A stretch of DNA of 64,000 nt, taken from contig CM120648.1 in the NCBI GenBank assembly GCA_051362555.1, positions 535,721 through 599,720 of the forward strand. The letters are read 5' to 3'. Numbering within the stretch: position 1 is the stretch's first letter; every line of letters begins with the position of its first letter. The notes under the pieces were generated by a model. That model saw only the letters and a list, made by a program, of their open reading frames with translations. It searched no databases and was not told where the DNA came from. This document shows positions 10,922 through 24,467 of the stretch, one piece after another. The translations under genes and the position numbers were made by a program. This DNA is from Lingula anatina (Eukaryota > Animalia > Brachiopoda).

Positions 10922-13900
10922 AAGCGATTATTCGGTAATAATTGCTGGTCTTTATACAACCTGAAGATTTAAGAACAAATTCAAAACAGTGATAAAAAAG
11001 CGTTTGTTAACGGTGTTTTAAATGCAAAGATGACAACGGGCAGCGAAGTAAAAGCGGCTCTATCGATTTTGATGGGATATTTGCAACATAAATCATACAA
11101 AGCATTAACTTAGCCATCCAATTAGGGCTATTACTACAGAACAAAATAGAATATTTATTGATAAAACACCTTGACATGTACGGTACAATCATCGGATTAT
11201 GGACATTACTTTTGTAAACGGAGAAAGTGTGAATTTGTTAATGTAGATTTACTCTCGCATAAAATGTCTTAAAGCTTCACGCGGCGTGATGCTGTGATTA
11301 ACATGTTAATGAAGGGTTTCTGCGGTGTATAGTCACAGTGAGACCGACACAGAAAACACTGGCGTCTACTACCTGGGGCCAGCTTTAGTCAACTGGATAA
11401 TTATCAGGTTTAGTTTACAAAAGTTTTAGCAGAATGTTAACGCCTGGCCGTAAGACCTGCTAAAGAACTTGCACCAAAGCAGCCCCCAGTTGGTAAAGCC
11501 TTGGATTTTACACAGAGTGATTAAAATTGATCATTATGCATAACGCGCATGTGCACAATATGTATTATTCTTACACTAAAAGGAAAAAGAGTCTCCACCT
11601 GAGCATATGAAGTGAAAAGCATGAAGTCGTTCAAGGATGTTGGCAAGAAAAACATATTGTTACATTATAGTTACCATTTTTACTTTTATTCAAATTCTTT
11701 CAGGATAACAGTGCGTTTTATAATTCAAAATATATCGTTTTTTTTTTCAATTCGAGATATTTTAAGTTTACATTATTTTAAAATATTCAATTTTAAATTT
11801 GTTTGATCACCAAAGTAAAATGTCTCTCCGCCATAAGAATATTAAAGGTGTGTAAATGTATGTAAATGACATAAAATTCACAGACAGCCAAAGTTTTATT
11901 TGGCATTATACAATAGAAAGAAACAAAATGGCTTAATTATACAGGTGAGGAATATCCAGCCGCGTGCTCCGCGACGCCACCGATCTCAAGATGTTATCTT
12001 CGGCGTCGCTCTGATAAAGCGAGTCCTTCTTCCGTCCACTTTAAGAGAATTCGTCAGGTGTTCGCCAGCGCAGTAAATATATGCAGGTGGTGTAGCCATG
12101 ATGTATTCACATCTGTAACGATGACTATCTAATCTACTGATTGCCGTAGATCACGGCAATGATGCCGACGTTGACTGAAAATAAGGCCTACTGATTAGGC
12201 CCTACTACAAAAAAGTTAGTTTTATGTTTAAAAAATCAGGTACATTTATACCCTTTTTTATCTCTTCTTCATATGTGGATTTTTTTTTATTTGTTGCAGA
12301 TAGCCGCTTGTATGACAGCCTTGATTATGCTAGTGAATGACGTTTCGGATAATGATGATGAGCTTTTCATGGACATTACCAGCGGCATCTTTCAGAGAAT
12401 TCCCGCGCTGACGTTCTGGATGCCGATTGGTCTATTACCCCCTACAGTGATTGTGGCCATCTGCATGCGAAAACCAATGGAGAAACGTGTATCAGTGTCT
12501 GCAATGGTAATGATAAATAAAAAATAATATATGATATTGATAGAAAAATTACGGAGACCCCCAATTAAAAAATTAAGCCTTGAGTTTTATTATGACAAGT
12601 TGTCGACAACCAAAGCATCGGTTGAACGAGCAGACTAAAAAGAAAATCACTATCATTTCTGCTCTGTGTGTTCATAAAATCATTGCCATCGATTTAAAGG
12701 CCTACTCTTTTGGTTATGTGATCAAACTATGCCGCAATCACCATTTTTCTCTCCTTCCTTAATGCTTGATCCTTTTTTTCAGATGTTTGTCATATTTTCC
12801 GGCTTTTTGGTAGTACTTGTCATCGTGTCGTGCATGAGTTCACATTTACTTAAGGATAAAGCCGGGGTAGGTATCGGCTAAGAAACACTATAGAAAAAAA
12901 TATAAGCATTTGTATGGGATGAGTGTGTTGTTTAATTCAAAGGACAGAAGGGAAAGAGAAAGTTTAAGAGAGATTTTTGTCTTGCGTACTGGAGGAAAGG
13001 GACATTCAATTTCTCGCACATGAGATTGACATATTCCGACATTTGTTTTAATCATTTGTTTTAATACTCCTTTTGTTTTGAAATTCACAGCGCTTTCTTT
13101 TTATCGATACGTGACCGTTATCTATTTCAAAGGGCTGTTTAAAATTGTTATTTCCTTATTTCAGACAAATGCTCTCATGCTGAAGGGTATGAAAACCTCT
13201 ATGTTCTATAGCATTGATTCGGAATACAAGGACGACATGAAAGTTTGGAACACGGTGCAGACCCAGGTGAGTATCTGTCGCTCCTAACACAATGGCTGCA
13301 ATTGTTTTTATTTTCTGAACTCAGCACATCACGGCCTGCGTGACAGGAATGGACGTCCGCTAGGAACCGTAGCCCATTCCCCATTACTTTGTAGAAGAAA
13401 CGACTCGCATTTCACCATCATTATACAAGGAGCAATATATAAAAACTCATTTCACCGTATTTTCAAATTAGCAAATTATTTTATATATATAAGTGATATT
13501 AGCACTTGTTTAACGCAACAAATCAACACATTCTTTCCAGTTTCTCTGCTGCGGAATTTACAATTCAAGTGACTGGAAGAGGTTAGGGGCGGACGTCCCA
13601 AAGTCATGTCTGGCGACCTCTTTTAGTCAGTGGGACACGATACAACAAGAGCCATACTATAAACAGGTTAGTGACCAATGAATGCGATTTTCGTGCTAAA
13701 ACAATAACTAGGCCAACTATCATTCGATAAAGAACGTAAGCAATAAATTGAAAACGTGGTAGACAATAGAGCTTGTAACGTTAGTTAAAGCATAGCGTTG
13801 TTGGTGGTAACAAAATGGACAATTTATACTGAAAACAAACAAACAAACAAACAAACAAACAAACTTTGTATCGATGCTTGACTAGAATTCTACGGGATGT

Positions 13901-14746
13901 TTTTAATTTAAACGTAAAACTTCTTTGGTCAAATATATGGATAACTTCCTCCGCATTAATATGACTTTTCCCGTTGTTGATGGTGCAAGTTTTTTCTTCT
14001 TCTTTCAGGGTTGTGCCACTGTGATCCGAGCTCAGTTGTTCAGTTACCTATCCACCACGTACTCATTCTGTACTGTGCTCATTTGTGTACAGGTAGGCAG
14101 TGTTAGATTTCACTCGTTTCATTTAAAATGAAGACAGTCGAAAACTTCGTTTTATCTTCACTGAAATGAATTATCACTTAATGCGATTAATGAAATCTTT
14201 TTTATGATCAAGATATGGCTGAAATGCGTGTGTAGTATACTGGTTTGTTAAAAATAACGGTCATCGTTGTCTTTTTTAATTGCCTATTAAACCTTTGAAA
14301 TTAATTTGTAATGGGCACAATAAGAATAATAAAGAAAGGCCTATACAAGCCTTTAAAAATATTTTATTATTTTAGAAATTTAAGTTAGATAAGCATTATT
14401 TTTGTTTTTTGTTTTCAAGCTTGGCATCTGTGCGCTAACGTGGGCCTTAATGTTCATGTCACGATATTGTCACGCGGACCGCGTGCGCACCTTTTGGGCA
14501 GACGACAAGTATTCCGATGGCGAAAACAGCGAAGATGAACTTCTCAACGGCGGCCCTCATTATACGACATACGGGACAACGTTGTTAGGCGACGCCACAA
14601 GTTCCGCAGAGAAAATTCCCATGCCAGACATTAGTGGACATTCTATCAATACACCAACGCCTCCCAGGCCAGGCTACCAATCAGTGACGATCTCATATTT
14701 AGTGCCGGACGGGAATTCATTCCGTGCATTTGCCACTGACTTTTAA
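10597..14746 (+). CDS. Divergent tetraspanin-family protein (7 coding exons)
   Basis: Phase-0 exons 10597-10725, 12300-12506, 12783-12866, 13165-13266 (..KVWNTVQTQ), 13541-13666 (FLCCGIYNSSDW...VPKSC), 14009-14092 (GCATVI..TM4) and 14420-14746. Four hydrophobic segments; CCG, PxSC and GC motifs of the large extracellular loop. Confidence 0.88.
10853..10919. repeat. Compound (CT)n/(CA)n microsatellite
   Basis: Direct reading; tetraspanin intron 1. Confidence 0.95.
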
Positions 14747-14998
14747 TAAAATTTATCTTGCACAATTAACTCAGGTACAGCTCTCTTCATCCCAGATGTA
14801 ATGTTTTTAGCGTTCATATCACACCTTGCCTGTGGACGTCTGCCCTGTATGTCTTTGCGAACATTCCGCAGCTTTTGTTATAGGTGTCTCGTTTTCCCGA
14901 GCTCATTCCGAAAATGTACATTTGTGGTTGTAAATATCTTGTTTTACGCAAAAGGTGCTATTTTTGTATATGGAATTAAGCTAGGATTAGATAGTCAT

Positions 14999-15216
14999 AG
15001 ACTGGGTTTCCACAGATTTAGATCGATCCATCTGGATCGACCTAACTCCCTGGGGGTTCACGCTAAATTGCTGTCAGCCGAGCGCGCACGAAAGTTAATT
15101 ACTGCCTTACAGCTTTAAGTAGGCGGGACAGACATTTAAGCCAGCTAGGCTGACAGCAGTCTAGTGAGACTCCCCAGGGGGATAGATCGATCTAAAAATC
15201 TGTGGGAATGCAGTCT
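14999..15216 (+). mobile_element. MITE, copy 1 of a family also present at 36.2 kb
   Basis: Imperfect TIRs (AGACTGGGTTTCCACAGATTTAGATCGATC / GATCGATCTAAAAATCTGTGGGAATGCAGTCT). The internal sequence matches the reverse complement of 36176-36393. Confidence 0.8.
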
Positions 15217-17750
15217 TAGCCGCGGATAAGTTGTAGCTAGGTCTGTGTGTATGATAGTTAATTTTTTTTATTCACATTATAATCTTTTACATTATAATCT
15301 TTTAGTTTTTCCCTTCAGTCCAATAGGAATAATGTTCCGAGTTTTAAGAGCAACACATGTTTATTGTCCTTATCACGTTAGGAACAGTTTATAATACACT
15401 TAAAGAGCGTTATTGCGTTTATGTTTCATATCATTTTCGCAAACCTTTGTTTTCTTCTTCAAATCAGAATCTTCCTATGTCATACATATATGTTCAGTCC
15501 TCTCCGAAACTCGCAAGTTTTAAGATTGCCAAATTCATCGCCCTCTGGTTTATTACACCCTGATTAATATTAGAATTGTGAGTGAAAGTGCGGTGGATTT
15601 TTTTTTTTTTTTTTTTTTTTTTTGAGTCCCTGTCTAGTATTAAGACACTTCGTTAACGGTATTGAATCTGGGAAAATATTTGAATTTTACAGACTCTGTA
15701 TTTCTTAAAATATATATATATTTAATTAGTACATTCGAATTAAGTGGTACCTTGTAGGGTACCTTATAGTTTTATTTTATACAGAAAAAGCATCACACAT
15801 GCTACATTGAAATATATATTTAAAAAAAATTTTTTTAATTATGTATCTGTAAAGTCCATAATTTTCCCCATTGAAGAGATCTAATCAAAACAGTATACGT
15901 CACAGTGTCACACAACGTTTAAGGGACTGATGTATTCACCAGTGTGGTTAAATTTATCTCCCAGTATATGTATCACTATGTTGTATGAATTGCCCAATAT
16001 ATATGCGAATAAACAGTTTGTTAAATCGAACACCGATTTTCATTTCACTACAGAACTTTCCTCGATCCATTTCACCGTCCTCGGGATATACGCCAGAATA
16101 ACGGGTAATAGAACGTGAGCCCCGTCTTTGATGTTACTATTTTTTAAGCGGGACATGTAATCTAAACTATAACAAAGTTATAATAATAGTTGAAATTACA
16201 GGTGTTACAGCAGTTTCCACCTGTAAAAAATTAACATAAAAAACAAAACAAAAAATGAACACAACAAAACATATTTGGTCCCTTGACGCGTTTTGATTAT
16301 CTCGTCGCAGAATGGGGTTCGTGAAGGAACCGTTGGATCTGTTCTGTTTGGCAACCAAGCTTTGGCTTCAAGAGATCTTGATAATAGGAAAACAGTGTAA
16401 GCAAATTGCAGACCACTTACCCTGTGTTCAAAGGGGAAATTTGAGCAAATTCTCGAAGCGTATATTCAAAAACTACAGGGGGTTTGATATGAGAAAAGAA
16501 CTACTCTTTGTAATTCAGGATGATAAACAAGAACACGTATCATTTAAATTTAATATACACTGTGTATATTTAGAATTAGTTACAGAAGGAAGAACTCAGC
16601 AGTCAAGAGAAAACTTGGCGCTACTCCGGTGATTTTACTCCAAATGTTCGAATTTTTCTAATTTTTCTTTTTACAATTATCATACGATATTTCGGAGTTT
16701 TAATTAAGAATAAGAAAATAATGAATCGAAAATATTTTTTTTTTTTGCAGTGTCTATTTCGACCAATCCACAATCTGCGTTTAATAACATTCAGCAAAAA
16801 GATACAAACGCAAAAACTAGCTCTTTAAGCGAAAATTAGGAAAATACACGTTTCCCCTTTTTAATCAATGATCTTCTTTTGATGGTGACATAACTTCGCC
16901 CGACATGCCCGTAGATTTTACAGAGACAGCCGTTAGAAACAGAATTATTGCCCCAAACTTCTCAAAAGGGTGTCTTCAATAAGCGCGCCCCATGTGCTAA
17001 TTCATCACGTTCACCTTTGCTGTTTATCACCATAATGTCTTTCAGACACTGCCATTGTTCAGGTAATTCTTCCACGCTGGCTTTTCCCCAGCAAAGAGGG
17101 GTAGATGCTTGGAACGCGCTAGTCGAGCCATTCCGTGGCGTTCTCTGCACGGAGGGTAGCGTTTCCGGGGAGCGAGTGAAGGTACAAGCAGTTCTTGCAC
17201 GCAGGGTTTAGGTAAATTATAAAACAAGCTGCATTGCTCTGATAAAGAATTTCTACACTATCTTAAATCTCACATTTTTTTCATTGCAAGTGCTACACTT
17301 AAACGATGCCAATTATTCTGCATAGTGATTAGGCTTTGCCTTTCGGGGATACCGATTGTGAAAGAAAGCGCTTTCTCTGCTTTCAAAAACAAAAACGCAT
17401 TTATATTTCGTATATTATTAGAATTTAGGTAAAAATATACAAGGGAACATTTTCCCGCAACTAATTAACTGTGCTTTTTCTCCGATCGTTTTGCAAAGCC
17501 ACTTTCTTAATTTACCTTTTAGAACTTGTATTTACGAGCAATTGTACCGTCAAATTATTTGCTTTTCTATATTTCACTTCTAAATTTCACATTTTCAGTA
17601 AGCTTATTTTTGCGAAACTCAGTTGAAAGTGAAATCATCCGAGCAGTTCTTAACCGTTCGTTTTACCAAGTTACTAGCTTAATCTATTATTCCGACACTC
17701 GTTCTTACGAGAAAATTGTCATGTTTTCTTTTTTCACCTCACCAGCCAAG

Positions 17751-17932
17751 ATGACCGCGCTGATGAAGACCATCCTGTTTTTCCTGGCCACGGTCACACT
17801 GGTACTCATGGTGCAGTCGCCGCTCCTGGTTCGCTCCTCCCCACAGCTCAGCTCCCAGTATTACGAGGTTCGCCGCTGGCTCCTGTGTGTTCACTGTCCT
17901 CCTAAGCAGTGTAGGAGCTATTACTGCTACGG
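17751..17932 (+). CDS. Secreted Cys-rich peptide family, member A: first coding exon (downstream exon uncertain)
   Basis: Acceptor CAG at 17743-17745, then ATG at 17751: MTALMKTILFFLATVTLVLMVQSPLLVRSSPQLSSQYYEVRRWLLCVHCPPKQCRSYYCYG. Signal peptide present; ends GG|GTGAGT (phase 2), as do members B-D. Confidence 0.8.
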
Positions 17933-20418
17933 GTGAGTAGAACAGTCTCTATTCAGGTTGCAGACGGGGGGAGGGGGGGGGGTTGACAGGAAGGCGGCTA
18001 TTTTCTTAACCGATCAAGATATATCAGCGTCATAAATATCAATAAGAAAGGTTATTTCAACAGCTATTCATTTTATTTCATATCATTATTATGTAATGGT
18101 TATAAGGAAATATAATATTATTATATAAAAAGATAGCCAAGTTCTTTTCACCAGCCCCTGTCTTCAGCCTTAAGTCCTTCCTGGGACCCGTTTTACAGAG
18201 GAAGAAGAAAAAAGGAACAAGGGAAAGAAAAAAAGTTGCGTTGATATTTATTTTAATATTCTTGATTTTATATACAATAAAGAGCAAATATCAAGTCTCT
18301 GACGCGCAAACTACCTACTCAACGTTTTTTCGGCTTGGAAGTTTAACCCCCCTGAACTCGTGAAATATTGGCTGTGTACTGTGCGTTTTTCGATCCTCCC
18401 GCAAGATGTCGCTATGTACTCAACACACCATACTGATTTTGACATTGCACGGTACGTTGGAGTTTCCTTTGATCACGTAGCCTCTGTCAAACCCTGAACT
18501 GTAAATGACTTTATAATTTGATAGAAAAGTTAGTCGTTTTTAAAGTGACTTAACGTGATGGTTTACGCAGGAGGCAATGCATTTCGACCCCTTAATAAAC
18601 CAGACCCTTTGATGAATGGTCTACGCGTCATGCCTTATAGGTAGAAAAGTATTAAAAATAACTGTATTAAAATTAGATTAAAAAACAGTTATTCTCTTTA
18701 GAAGCGATTAATCTTTTAAAGCCACCGTCTTGCAAGATACAAAAAAAAAAAAAAAAATAATAATAAAAAAAATAATAATTTCACAAGTTGAAATACAGTG
18801 ACCAGTTCAGCATTAAAGGTTTGAATGGAGACTTTGCCATTTAATTTACTTTACGTTTATTGTCTGTAAAAGACCCATCTAACATATACAGGTGCTAATT
18901 AAGGAACTGTAACAAAGATTCTGCTCTTATTAGATTCATAGAATAGGGTCAACGTGACAGAAGTGGGTCAATATCTCGGACGGGGTTTATCTGTACAAAT
19001 CAATGGAAGCCGGGTGCTGTATCTCAGCGGATTATCTCAATTAACTGCTGATTTTTTTTTGTTACAATCACAAGTTTCCAGTTATTGAGAGTTATATATT
19101 CGCACTGGCTAACCGTTCTTATTTTCATTATAATTTTCGTCAAGGGAATATTTTGGCTATTTTTTTGGTGCCAATAGCCTGGAGGTATTAGTTTGCCGAT
19201 GTTAGATTAATTGTATGATTACGACCTATTAGCCTTCTGTTGGCTCCAATATTCAAGCACAACGGAGATATGTGTAAACGCATGGTTCCACATTAACTGT
19301 TGCCCTAGTATCGAGTATGGGCGCCGTCAAAGTTCAAAGGTCAAAGACAAACATGGCGCTTCTCTCGTGCATTTTACTGTTGTGCAAACAAATAAATTAC
19401 AACAACTGTCATGTGTAATGGTTCAGAGGATAAAATACTCCCAGTGTCACGAAGATTAACGAAGCCGTCACTCTCGGTGGTCTTCCGGTCCTGTGATAAC
19501 TGTAAAGACTGGCTACAGACTTCACTGGGGCGATGTAAGTTTTTGCAGCTGCGCACACGGGTTCTGTTTTCCCAGCGCCAAAGAACTAATCTAATCCACT
19601 GGCATAACGTAAGTGGAACGAAATGGTAGAGTTGCGTCTGAGGCATGACGCCATTCATTCCATTAACTTTTTGTGTTCAGGCGCATCCAGCTCCGTTATA
19701 ACTAAAACCGTAGTTAGACTGTCTGCAGGAGACGGACGTTTTCGCTGGGCTCAGTCGCTATGTTATCACAGAGTTAACAAAGGGTGGGCATTTTATCATT
19801 GCGACAACTGCAACCAAATTATCCACTTTTTTTGCTTTAGTTTTAAAACGGCTATAGATAAAAAGGTGCTTTCCACAGCCTGGGTTTCGTTAGCGCTTTC
19901 ATTGGCGCGTTCTTGCGCGACTTTGCAACTGATATGCGTATCGGGGAAATTAAATCGTTAATTTCCTTACAGCAAGATGAGATTACATACGTCATTTATT
20001 GTGAACGACAACGTAAACTGTTTGAACTTTCAAAGGGAGGGAAAATAATCAAAATATCCGCACGAAGTTCGGTTGCAGTAAGGCTTAATAGCATAAAAAA
20101 TAGCTGTTTCAACTGATTAAAATTTAAGATGTGCATACTTCTTCAACTGTTGAATTAATATTGGCAAATGATGATGTACAGCAAAGGTAACTTGGACAAG
20201 GTGATATACCTGCCAAAATACTCGGAATGATTTTATCTTCATCATTGCTCACCCTTGTGGGTTTCTCAAATTGATGATTTGAAAATAAAACAAAGACATG
20301 GAGCTTTCTGGCAAGCGCGTTCTTTAAAAAAGCCATAGCATTTCAGGGGTTCTCTACGTGAGTGAAATGACCCGGCGGGGTCGAGCTACTTAATCGCTCG
20401 TTTTCTGCGTTTCTCATT

Positions 20419-20473
20419 TATAAAATTCATGCAAAGGAACAACTTCTGTTTGACGGCGAATTCTAAGGTACGT
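20419..20473 (+). promoter_or_regulatory. Candidate TATA box and short non-coding first exon of member B
   Basis: TATAAAA at 20419-20425 followed by AAG|GTACGT donor at 20467/8. Member B's ATG exon has an acceptor (21749), so a non-coding upstream exon is implied. Confidence 0.3.
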
Positions 20474-21764
20474 GTCCTTTTCCAATTTGTACGAAATCAC
20501 GTAAACTTTGACATTTATATTACATCACGTACAGTAAGTTATCGATCTGTGTGTGTTTATTTTTATAACTGTAAATGAACATTTTGCAATCGGTTGCTAC
20601 TCTCAATATCTAGAAATAATATAATCTCTACATGGTGTTCTTCAAAATCTATCGCTTGCGTACTTCATATAAAATGCCTTTCTACTGTGAATTATAGTAT
20701 GATAAATGCAATTTCATGACGTTGATTCGAGGTCACCTATTGTAATAACAATAATTCAGGTTTTGATTGAATTTATGCAAACCTTTTGAGTGCCTTCTTC
20801 TAAACATAAATTCAAGTATACGTAATATTTTTTCATCAATCCAGCGGTCACATGAGCCATTTCTGTAAACCTAAGAATACGAACCGTTTGTTAGGAAGGT
20901 CTGATTACATAGAAAATACTTGTAATGCTTTTTTTACGACCAGAATAGTGAAAACGAAAACCTTTAATGTGAAAATTTGTCTTACAAAACTTTGGTTACG
21001 CCGCTGCCAAATGTGGTATTTTCAAAGCAAAGGCGTCCGAATACCAAAAGATCTGTTCACAACGCTTTCACGCAGCCTTGGCTATAAATAACCCTTCGTT
21101 TAGTCTTAAAGTGTAAAAGAGGCAGATAATGGAATGAGTGACAGTAAAAATTCTCTTATGTGGTATTCCACAATTTGCCGATGTCTTCATACTTCCACAT
21201 TTTAAAATACAGTCCAAAACGATATTGTTTAATATCATTCCTTAAAGTAACTTTTGTCAATTTATTGGTATCTACACGTTTTCTATTTCACTTCCCAAAT
21301 TCAAGAAAAAAAAGAACTCCATAACACTGGAAGTAATTTTATCATTTCAAAACACCTTAAAAGTCCCCAGGAACATAGAAGGTACTATTTGGAAAATATG
21401 GATAAACCAGACTACGTTAATCAGACGATGTGGTCTTTAAATTTAATATGTAACTGGCATTCGTTCCCCATGTGGCAGTGATTGTAACGCCAGGTGAAAT
21501 ACTAGAATATGATCTAACTGAAATCTAATTAAATACACATGAAAGTTTACATCAAAGTGTTTAAAGTCAGACACGGTTACAAAGCGTTACATTCTAGATT
21601 AGGTTAAACATATCTCCACGCGGACCTTTTAACACAATACAGGCGGTTCAAAATATACAGAACACAGAAGCCGTAACTGAGACTTTATATGCCTGCCAAG
21701 ATAAAACTGAAACGATAATTGCCTGGTTCTTTCGATATTATCTGCATAGTGAGAAGACTCGGGT

Positions 21765-24411
21765 ATGGAGAGACGCTGTTACTGCCACGTAGCTGCATTT
21801 GTCCTAGTTTTCCTCGGAGTGATCCTGTCTTGGCACGTGGGGCCCGTGGAGACCCAGGGGCTGCACCCGTACTGGTATGATCAGCGCTACTGGATGAGAT
21901 GTCACTGTCCGCGCCATGTGTACAGATGTAATGAACTCTACGATTGTTTTGGGTAATTTTCTAGTAGTATATTCTGCTTCGTCCGTAGTTTGTTTTAAAG
22001 TATTGCTTTTGGAGCAAAATATTAAATATTACTATTATAAATTCTCTCAGGTTTAGCTCCCAATTATGAGCCTAACATCTAGAATCTAATCGTACTAAGT
22101 ATGCTCGACGATAGCAACCAAAATCAGCTTAAACATAAGCCCCAAAATCTCGAGTTACCCTCTCAAAAGTGGTGCTTCAAAATATTTTGTGTTTACAGTG
22201 AATACGCTGGTTTACTTTCTGTTTATTATACAAATTCAAGAACAATCTGAATTCATTTGAACAAATTCCAAATTTCTTTCTAATCTGGTCTTTAAGCGGT
22301 CCTCAAAGGCCATTTGGCGATGTCAATTAAAAATTTAATTACAGAAGTCATGCAAAGTCATGACTAAGACGGATACATGATTATATTTTTAGTGAAAAAA
22401 GTTATGCTTGCCCTCCTGCAAGGCTACAGTCAATAATCATTTAAATGGATTTTGGAGTAGTTTTCTTTTTTCAATTTCTTTTTGCACGTATGCGCTTTGC
22501 AGTGTGTGATCCAACACAGATTAGGTAGACTGAGGAAACAACGGGCACCATGGAATTTCTTGTTTTGAAAAAGATAATTGGCTTTGAAGGCTTTTTGTTT
22601 CTGTTTGATTTTAATTACTTTGGATGAATATAAATGAGGATAAATGAGGACAAGATAGTGATATGTGTTGGTTTTAGAGTGACAGAGGCACGGAGAGTTT
22701 TCTTGTGCAACTATGCTCATTCTATTTAACGTCATCAAGAGGGTTGGACTCCCAAGACGGAAGTACGTCGAGCTTATTGATGACCCTGACATTTTGTTTC
22801 TTTCACACTCAGTACACTTTAAGTGATATGTGAATAGAGAATACTTTTTTTTGCTTTATCTCAAATGCGCCCATGTAGCACAGGTGCTGAGGTTACTAAT
22901 GCCCCGATTTGGTGAACCTTTGGATGCACACTCAAATCGGTTGATTCGGGGCATAAGTAAGCTCGGCGGAAGAGACAAACTGTAAAGCTCACCATAAAAC
23001 TCAGCATGTTTTTTTTTTCTCTTGGGAGTCGTACCCCCTGGTGAGATTACACTACCCCAGGAAAATATGTACGTCTGTATAACATGGCCATTGCTTTGGC
23101 AGACTGTGTTATACAGATGTGACAGTGTTATACAGATGTGACTGTGTTATACAGACGTGACTGTGGTATATACAGATGTGACTGTGTTATATACAGACGT
23201 GACTGTGGTATACAATCACGTATGTGTAGTAAGACGAATCCCAGAATTGGTTAAGCAGAATAAAATAAGTAGAAAAGAATAACTTTATTGCAATATGTAG
23301 GGCACATTGATTGCAGTTGGGGGTGGGGGGGTGGGGGGTGGGGAGAGAAGTGTTTATCTCGGCAACTAAGGGATATACCTATCACCTCTGTGAACACTTC
23401 TGGATTCAGCCACGTTACCGTCTCACTTCCACGCTGAGCCAAAGATGGAGGCCTTTTACAGTATCCCTTTCAAGGTGTTGGAATGCCCAAAAGCCTTTAT
23501 GACCCGTAAAAACAACATCAGCAGCGTTCGTCTATGCTGCAGTTTTACTGTTAAATTTTTTAGCAACAGGAGGTAAGTTGTTCTATTAATATCATCGGAT
23601 CTGCCTTCGGGTTGAAATAATTATGGTACAGTTAGAGAATTACATGTGCATAAGATGTTATTAATTCTTCATTCCTTATTTAACTTTTTAAAACTATGCA
23701 AATGTCTTTTTCAGGTCTAGTTTAGTTTTAAAGAGGTTCTTATGTACCCTGTGTTTTGAAATATCATTGGCTGTTAAAGTACATCTATCAGAGCTACTAA
23801 ACTGATCTATTAAAAATACGTACAACGCCCGTAATCAACAACGACAGCGAAGTCACTTAACGTCTATTTATGTGCTAGGTCGAAGTGTTGTTTTTTTACG
23901 TACAAAATACGAGCACTGATGAAAACTTTCTCTAAAATTCGACTAAAATAGCTTAAAGATAATAGATCTCAGTCTACCAGTGGTTTTCCGAATGTCCACT
24001 AGGAGAGGTGACTCAGATTGCAATCACGGAAATATAAAATGTCATTCAGATTGATGTCGTATTTCCGAATTCTATGATGGCATACGGGACGCATGTGGCA
24101 TTTCCTATCCCTTATGTGAACACTTGGCCCGAGATTTGCTCTAAATGATTTTCCCGCCCATTCAATTTGTTTCTGAAGACTTTACTACTCGCCCCCCTCC
24201 CACACCCCTCACCCGCACAAAACCTATGTCAACTACCATTAAGACATGCTTTAAGCGGCAATATAATTAAGTGGGAACAGGATACGACATCTGTTTATTG
24301 AGCCAGAAACGCCTTCCCAAGTCGCGTGTGTCTCCTTTGCCGCTCACCGTGACTCAAGGCGCTTTGCTGGCGGCTGACATGTCAGGTTTTGGCACATATG
24401 TAGTATCTTAC

Positions 24412-24467
<56 letters not shown>

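Noticed and set aside
10497-10922. 141-aa ORF overlapping the tetraspanin start
   Set aside because: Wrong frame and runs into a microsatellite. The splice-compatible frame starts at 10597.
17930-17936. All four peptide exon-1s read Gly-stop if unspliced (apparent amidation signal)
   Set aside because: An automatic consequence of a phase-2 GG|GT(A/G)(A/G) donor, so it is not evidence of a regulated isoform.
19411-19961. CDNC-containing ORFs as exon 2 of member A
   Set aside because: No CxCxxCxC pattern and no phase-compatible acceptor.
23101-23213. TGTGACTGT (Cys-Asp-Cys) repeats after CAG as a family exon or CRISPR-like array
   Set aside because: A simple minisatellite without unique spacers, with in-frame stops, in a eukaryotic context.
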